Origin: Macrostomum lignano
Lineage: Eukaryota
Assembly (NCBI GenBank): GCA_002269645.1
Contig: NIVC01004534.1
Coordinates: forward strand, 1 to 42,906
Length of the DNA: 42,906 nt
Direction: 5' to 3'
Below are positions 25,601-34,290 of this stretch, piece by piece; within the stretch, counting starts at the first letter, position 1, and each line of letters begins with the position of its first letter. Made by a program: the position numbers and the translations under genes. Below the pieces are notes generated by a model, which worked only from the letters and a program-made list of their open reading frames with translations, was not told the DNA's origin and did no database searches.

Positions 25601-28600
25601 CGTCAAGATAGGCATCACTCGGATAAATCATCACGATGTGCACTGCAAAATACGCAGGGGCATACCAAAGAAAGACCCACTCGAGAGAGAATGGAAAACT
25701 GATTTAGGTTCGATTTTACTCCTAAACGATACAGAACCTTCCTGCGTATCAACCTCGAATTTGACCATCAGCCATAAATACCTTTACAAAAGCTTCAAAG
25801 CTGACAATACTTTAATAATTTTTTCCAAATCCGAGTTGCATAAAAGATTGACAGTCAGAACGCCACGCTGTCTCATCTCCCTATGGAAAATCAATAAACA
25901 GTTTGTCAGCGCGAACGGATAGAGAGTGGATGAGGTCCCGGCGACTTCAATGATAAACACACCCAAAGAAATGAAACAGCTAAACGCACGCGGAGTTCTA
26001 AAGTACACCGGGAACCGTGTGCTAGCGGAATACAAACATCGTTTTCAGATCTAACGTGGGATAAGGAATTTTAGAAAGATTTACGTCTAAGAACAGAAAT
26101 AATAAATTCGATCACTGAGCGCTGAGGGCCATTGCCACGAATTTCAGGGCTAAGCCTTTTTAAACCCTTTAAAACCTGCTTATAATCAATTTTACGATTG
26201 CAGGAGATTATAAATATAAGAATTGATTAATTAGCTAGGAACGGCTGAATTTTGAAATATCCCCTAACCCTATGCCGTACATGTATATGGATGGTACAGG
26301 CTTGTAAAACTAAGGTTGTGGAAATGGTCTGCCTCCCCCTTCCCCTAGCAACCATCTCTCTCTCTCCTTCCACTAACTTCCTTGTAAATATTTTCAAGCC
26401 CCATTGGACCCGGACTAGCTAGTAGTGTATGACAGTCCCCCCCTCCCAAGGACAACAGGCGGCCCACAGGCACACCTGGAATGGAGCGCTACAACCAATA
26501 GCGAAGAGAAAACGTCACTCTAAAAAAAGTTCAAAACCGAAATCGCGAATTCCGGCATAGTGCGGCTGCAGAGCTATTAAAGGTCGCCAATACGTCTTCC
26601 GTTGCGTATTCTTGGCATTTTTGCCAATTCGCGGAGGCAAACTACAGTATATCCTCTCCTCTAGGAAAATCTGGATATTAGTATTAAACATTAGAAAACT
26701 GTCCACTCTTGTAGCCAAGCATATAAGCATTGAATACCAGCCAGGAAAGACAGAAGAGCAGCAGAATTCCGGATGCCCAACTTAGTGAACTAATATTGTG
26801 TCACGTGTGACTGACTATATATGGCAACTAGCCTGAATCTGCGAATAGGCCCTACGACTAGTTGAATTTCCATAGCTATAAATAAACGCATCATTTCAGT
26901 TAGCTGCCGCGCCACAAAAATTAGTTCTGCACATAGCAGTGCGCGTGGAATGCTTTTGGTCACACCATGACAAATAGTTGGTAAACATCTGGTTGAAGAG
27001 AAAGTCCAGATGGATAGATCAGCTATGGCGAACGTGTTGCAGCAGCTGTTTTAAAACTTTTCCTTTTCCTAGCGCAGAAAAAAACTACGAGAAGCTGATT
27101 TGACGACTATTTGCTTTAGGAAAACTGAGAGCTTTTACATTTCCCTATAGGCCAGAAAAATAGCTTCCTATTGCACTAACTAATAGATTCTACCGATGCG
27201 TGTGACTAATGGAATTGAAAAACTTTTAACAAACACATTACTTTTTCCTGTGTTTGCACCGAAAAAAGTTACCAGAAAGAATGCATCTATTAGTTAAAGC
27301 TTTTCACCTGCGTTATGCATCAGGCTAAAAACCCTGGCCTCTATTTAGTTCAGAATAAATAGCGCAGGGATTTTTAAACTACGAATAGCTTTACCCAAGT
27401 GGACCACAAGTTTAATCACATGTGATTGGAACTGTAACTGGAACTGGAACTGTCACGTTACAGTTCCTGCTGCAATCACAGCACAAGTCCAATCACATTT
27501 TACAGTTCCTGCTGCAATCACAGCACAAGTCCAATCACATTTTACAGTTCCTGCTGCAATCACAGCACAAGTCCAATCACATTTTACAGTTCCTGCTGCA
27601 ATCACAGCACAAGTCCAATCACATTTTACAGTTCCTGCTGCAATCACAGCACAAGTCCAATCACATTTTACAGTTCCTGCTGCAATCACAGCACAAGTCC
27701 AATCACATTTTACAGTTCCTGCTGCAATCACAGCACAAGTCCAATCACATTTTACAGTTCCTGCTGCAATCACAGCACAAGTCCAATCACATTTTACAGT
27801 TCCTGCTGCAATCACAGCACAAGTTAATCACATTTTACAGTTCCTGCTTTAGTTTAAAATGATCAATATTCAATTATCTGTGTTCAATATTTCAATGATA
27901 AAGTAAGCGAGTCTATGAACAAGAGAAGGAAATGCAACAAATTAGGAACTTTTCAGCCAAAGGCATACAAAAATATCTCCACACATGGCATAGGTCTAGC
28001 AGACAGTTAAACAGCAACTAGGACTAAAAGCAGAAGAAAGGCATGACTAATTATTCTGACTTGTGGGAAGGGGTTGGTGCACAGACGAGGTCGAGATTAG
28101 GAAATTCAGAACGAAGCTGGGCCAAAATCTTTCCAGACCGAAGAGAGAGAGAGGGGTGATGAAGGTTACCTGAGGGAGGTTGCCGCCTACCAACTTGTGG
28201 ATCTCCTGTGTACCCACCCCCGACCCTTCAGGATCCACCTACTAATTCCCATATTGCTGCACCATTACCAAGGCGGTACTGCCCTCCGTTATGCTCTCCT
28301 GTCTGTCAGGTCTATCCATACACCGGTACAGCCTTCCTTTCGGAGGGTATCCCTTCGGGATAAGTAAGAATGAACGTTAAGAAAGGGGGGCAGACAGGCA
28401 GAGAGAGGAGAGCGGGAAGAAACTGGACTAGCTAAAGATACAGCATGCCGCAGACAGGAAATGTGCCAATATACTCGACTGAACATTACAATGCGATAAT
28501 GCAATACCTAACAGAACGCTAGCTAACGCCTATCTAATCTAGCTGGCTGATGAAGTCCTACTTTAAAAAATTCGGGAAGGATGATTTAGTAAGCGCCAGG

Positions 28601-28887
28601 ACTGGCAGACAGACTGGCAGACTGAGTGCAACTCCTCGGTAGCTTGCTGACTCCCTTAAGGGTTGTCAGCCAATTCAGAGGCGTTTTAGTGACAAAGTGA
28701 TTTCAGCTAGACGGTAACAACTTTTGGGAATAATAATTGGAAACTGCACTGAGTGAGTCATCCCTCAGTCCATTGTGGCTTAGAATATCCACACATACTA
28801 GACAATGACATTTTTTTCTAATGCTAAAACTTAACTAGCAGAGAAAGCCAACCAATAAGATAAAGATCTCGATTAGCAAAAAAGATA

Positions 28888-28983
<96 letters not shown>

Positions 28984-29005
28984 CTAGATGGATAGATAGA
29001 TAGAT

Positions 29006-29053
<48 letters not shown>

Positions 29054-29103
29054 GGATAGATAGATAGATAGATAGATACATAGATAGATAGATAGATAGA
29101 TAT

Positions 29104-29160
<57 letters not shown>

Positions 29161-29412
29161 CAGGCACAAAAAGAAACTGACACCTCACAAGGATAAGCAA
29201 GCCATTTAGTGTCCTAGCAGATTCACAAAAATGAGGTGTTGATCGCCCCAGAAACAGAGCAAACCAAACCAACACGGCTTAGAAGACGACAGAAACAGAA
29301 ACGACTAGCTAGGCAAAGGTGCTGCGGTCCTCTCCCCAGTAACTTCATTCTTTTATGGTAGACAAGCAAGCAAGGACGCAGCAACAGCAGAAGCAACAGT
29401 CCTTCAGCATTA

Positions 29413-29480
<68 letters not shown>

Positions 29481-30048
29481 GGCAAAATTCTTTCATTGCC
29501 ATTCGGTCGCGCAGACCCTTATCCCCCTATCTACAGGCCCGTTTCGGCCTCGGGCATGGCGCTTCATCCACTCGACCGGGGGGGGGGGGGCTCTTCCATG
29601 AAATTTCGCCATCCCGTGGCCGAACCAGCGCTCGCTCATTCCGTCTTTCTCTCTCTTGCAGCATTTGGAAAATAAGTGCATTCGGGACACAGACTGGCAG
29701 TGTGAGAGAGGCAAAGTGGCCGGCTGCGATTGGGAATAATAATAATAATAGAACAAAACTTAACGCTCTTATAGCTGGCCACAATAATTTTATTAAAAGT
29801 TATCATATAGAAAAGGATACAAGTCTCGATATTGGCGCCAGCGATGAAGCCAGTGGTATCAAAGTTGATGCGAATAAACTTGCCCTAAAAAGTAATTGAA
29901 TAATTGCAAGCAAAAATTTCATCTTAAAACTAGTTTATTAAGCCTGGCTATAAAGTACAGAATGAATTATACTTCAAGAGAGAATAAAGTGGCCAAAGAA
30001 ATCTAAGATGCTACCCCATGAAACGCCCGACCACAAGCAAATCCTACC

Positions 30049-30096
<48 letters not shown>

Positions 30097-30189
30097 GACT
30101 AACTAACTAACTAACTGACTAACTAACTAACTAAATAACAAACTAACTAACTAACTAACTGACTAACTAACTAACTGACTAACTAACTG

Positions 30190-30232
<43 letters not shown>

Positions 30233-30249
30233 GACTAACTGACTAACTG

Positions 30250-30292
<43 letters not shown>

Positions 30293-30309
30293 GACTAACT
30301 AACTAACTG

Positions 30310-30364
<55 letters not shown>

Positions 30365-30441
30365 GACTAACTAACTAACTGACTGACTAACTAACTGACT
30401 GACTGACTGACTGACTAACTAACTAACTAACTGACTGACTG

Positions 30442-30472
<31 letters not shown>

Positions 30473-30509
30473 GACTGACTAACTAACTAACTGACTAACT
30501 AACTAACTG

Positions 30510-30548
<39 letters not shown>

Positions 30549-30625
30549 GACTAACTAACTAACTGACTGACTAACTAACTGACTGACTGACTGACTGACT
30601 AACTAACTAACTAACTGACTGACTG

Positions 30626-30656
<31 letters not shown>

Positions 30657-30677
30657 GACTGACTAACTAACTAACTG

Positions 30678-30756
<79 letters not shown>

Positions 30757-33700
30757 GACTGACTGAAAAGATACACATACAGCGCGCATGTGGGTGCAAC
30801 ACGGAATGATTTGGCTGAAGGCGTTGCTCTATGGTGAACGCTGAGGAGTTGCTTTTACACACGCGAAATGTCACTATAGCTAAATCACCTAATTTCATAA
30901 ACGCTAAGTTTCATAAACGCAAAACTTCACAACCGCTAATTTTTTACATTCACTTTCATAAATGCGAAACTTGCGGTTGTGAATGTATGAATGTAGGGGT
31001 GACCTTTAGCGGTTGTGAAGTTTCGCGTTTGTGAACCCCCCTCTCCATAAGCTGAGCCAGATTAACCAAGAACCATAAACCAGAAAGCAGCAAACGGAAC
31101 AAAGGAAACTTGATAAAAAAGACTTACAAATCTAGAAGAATTGTCGTTCTTGATAGTTTTAGCATTGCCGAATGCCTCCAGTATCGGATTGGCTTGCAGC
31201 AGTTGCAGCTCCAATTCGCCCTTGAAGATTAAAATGTTGAATTAAGAGATTAACACAAGTTAGCATTCGTATACTCTGACCGAAGGACTGAAAGTACTAA
31301 CCGCAGCCAATTGTGCTTAACTAGCAGGCTAAAAGTTATTATTATTTATTTTTGTCAAAGGCTTAATCGAAAAAAATCATCATTAGTTTATTGCAGTGCA
31401 CACAATCACAGGAATTAATAATTAGTGTAGTTAATTAAACATTGCTATTGGTATTGCGAAGTAATGGAAAAATCAAATTACAAACAGCCCTCACAGAAGT
31501 TGCCGTTGTTGTATCGAGATTCGAGACGTAACAACAACAACTTCCAAATGATCCTTGAAAAATGCGAATCAATGAATAAGTATACAGTTACCAAATAGAC
31601 ATTAGAAAACTGGACACCAAGAAGATAGTGTAATAAGCTTTTCTATACACTATATAGTAGATTAAATTTAATACCATCAATGCTGCGTCTCTTATGACGG
31701 CGTCACTTTCAAATGGCAAATTATCTGAAAATAATTAATTTTACTAATCTTAAAACTCGTTTAACAGTAGGAATACCAAGCCATTTTTCCGCCCGTAGAA
31801 CTACCAAGAGGGGGAATCCCCCTCTGACAATTTTTTTTGCTGCGCCGGAACGGAGCAACACAGGCACACGAAATTCAAGAACACGGGCTAACTTTTTGTT
31901 GCGCACCTTCTCAAACAAGAATCAAGTCGCCAGCCCTTCGGACCGTCGAGATATTCGACGATTCTGCCAGAAGGTCGGATTCTTCCCATAAGTGCTAGTG
32001 TATTCAGTACACCCCTGTGCGCCAATTAGCACTGCGCCTCACTGCAGCCTTGCCAAGTCTCCAAATTTCATCAGCACGTCGAACACATGTGTCTGCATCA
32101 GTTCTGACTTCGTTGGTCACTAGCCTTCACCCAAGTGGAGCTTCTGGACCCTCAACAGCTGTGGCACCAGGTGACTATGGACACCCTGATGCGGATTTCT
32201 CTAGTTTCGCCGATCAAGCCTCGACAGTGGGCAAGAATCAACCGCCAGACATTCTCAGCTAGTCTCTCAAGCATTCCGTCATCATCCCGACGCCGTCGGC
32301 TCCTTCAACAGATGCCACCTGTTGAAGGTGCCGACGGCTAGTGACCAACGAAGTCAGAACTGATGCAGACACATGTGTTCGACGAGCTGATGAAATTTGG
32401 AGGCTTGGCAAGGCTGCACTGAGGCGCAGTGCTGATTGGCGCACAGGGGTGTGCTGAATACACTAGCGCTTATGGGAAAAATCCGACCTTCTGGCAGAAT
32501 CGTCTAATATCTCGACGGTCCGAAGGGCTGGCGACTTGATTCTTGTTTGAGAAGGTGCGCAACAAAAAGTTAGCCCGTGTTCTTGAATTTCGTGTGCCTG
32601 CGTTGCTCCGTTCCGGCGCAGCAAAAAAATTGTCAGAGGGGGGGGGAATTTCCCCCCCCCCTCTTGGTAGTTCTACTGTTAATTATTTAAAGCCGGGCTC
32701 AAATAATAAGAGGGCAAACTAAATTGAAGCTGCTATAAACTCTAGCATAAAGGCGCGCACACAGGAAACTTAATAAATAAAAAATCTATACTAATAAATA
32801 ATTATGCAGGCGCATTCTTGAAAACAAGTTCTACACAGTTGCGAACAACTTACAATATTGACGGCCTTAACCTGGAAAAATTAATTATATACATACAATT
32901 CAAGCCAACCTAACCAAAGGCGGTTCACACAAGTATACAATACAAGACGGCTGCAATCTACTAGCCTAGCTAGCCGCTAGCGGACAAATTAAAGCTGGGG
33001 TCGGTGAACTTTTTACCGCAAGGGCCAGATTAAGAATCCAGCTCATGACTGCGGGCCAGATGAGAGTGGAAAGGAGAGGGAATGAGGGAGAGAGGAGAGA
33101 GGTGACAAAAGAGAGGGGAGGTAAGATGCGAGATGAAAGAGGCCAGGAAAGAAGAGATGAGTGAGAGGAAGATAAGAGGAAAGGAGAGGAGAGGAGAGGA
33201 AAGGAGAGAAGAGGAGGTGAGAGGGAAGAAGAGATGAGATGAGAGAGTAGAGTAGAGGAGCTGAGAGGAGAGGAGAGAGGAGAGGAGAGGAAAGAGATGA
33301 GAGGAGATAACTGGGAAGAGATAAACCTTGAGCGGGCCGGATTGCCATTCTGAGGTGTCCAAGGACTCGAGGGCCCGATAGAGGCTTTGCGGCCCGCGGG
33401 CCGGAGTTCTCCTACCCATGAATTAAAGCGACAACTCACCTGCGACTGAGCAATGGAATTAGTGGCTGGCGTTGAGCCGCCGGTTTTCTGCGATTTGACA
33501 GACGAGGCTACGTGGGCCAGGTACTGAATGACCTTCTTTGTGTTTTCAGTTTTGCCTGCGCCGGATTCGCCTCTGTGTCGAATTTGGAATGGATTGAATA
33601 CAGCCAATGCTTTGCCCCATCCAAGCTTTTAATTTTAAGCTGGGGATAAACTATATGCACTTCCTTTTCGATAACTGAGTCGAATGAAAGTGCGATAGGG

Positions 33701-33783
33701 GCAGGCAGGCAAGACAGGAAGGTAAAGAGATACATATAGACAGTTAGAGACGCTACCGCAGAGACCGACAGGCACAGACAGGC

Positions 33784-33834
<51 letters not shown>

Positions 33835-33873
33835 TAGACAGACAGACACACAGACAGACAGACAGACAGACAC

Positions 33874-33924
<51 letters not shown>

Positions 33925-34069
33925 CACAGAAAGACAGACAGACAGACAGACAGACGCTAAGTCAGACAGACACTAAGTCAGACAGACACTAAGACAGACA
34001 GACAGACAGACAGATAGACAGAGACAGACAGACACTAAGTCAGACAGACACTAAATCAGACAGACACTA

Positions 34070-34126
<57 letters not shown>

Positions 34127-34133
34127 CACAGAC

Positions 34134-34198
<65 letters not shown>

Positions 34199-34255
34199 CA
34201 CAGACAGACAGGCAGACACACAGGCAGACACACAGACAGACAGACAGACAGACAC

Positions 34256-34290
<35 letters not shown>

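Larger units (their letters stand above)
24034..29820 (-). other. U12-type (minor spliceosome) GT-AG intron, 5787 nt
   Basis: The donor is GTATCCTTTTC (29820-29810), matching the U12 consensus RTATCCTTT. A branch-site-like TTCCTTAC lies at 24075-24068, ~35 nt from the AG. Confidence 0.8.

Noticed and set aside
25630-26040. Unique coding-like stretch (...[24 protein letters not shown]) as a transposase remnant
   Set aside because: Only a vague likeness to an RGGLxxP-type motif, interrupted by stops; not enough to call.
28546-28620. CTGATGA followed by an AGTCCT...AGGACT stem as a hammerhead
   Set aside because: No GAAA follows the stem, and there is no stem III or cleavage triplet.
31240-31570. 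Other candidate cassette exons in the loop-1 intron (acceptors near 31553 and 31287)
   Set aside because: The lengths to the nearest donors are not multiples of three or run into stops.
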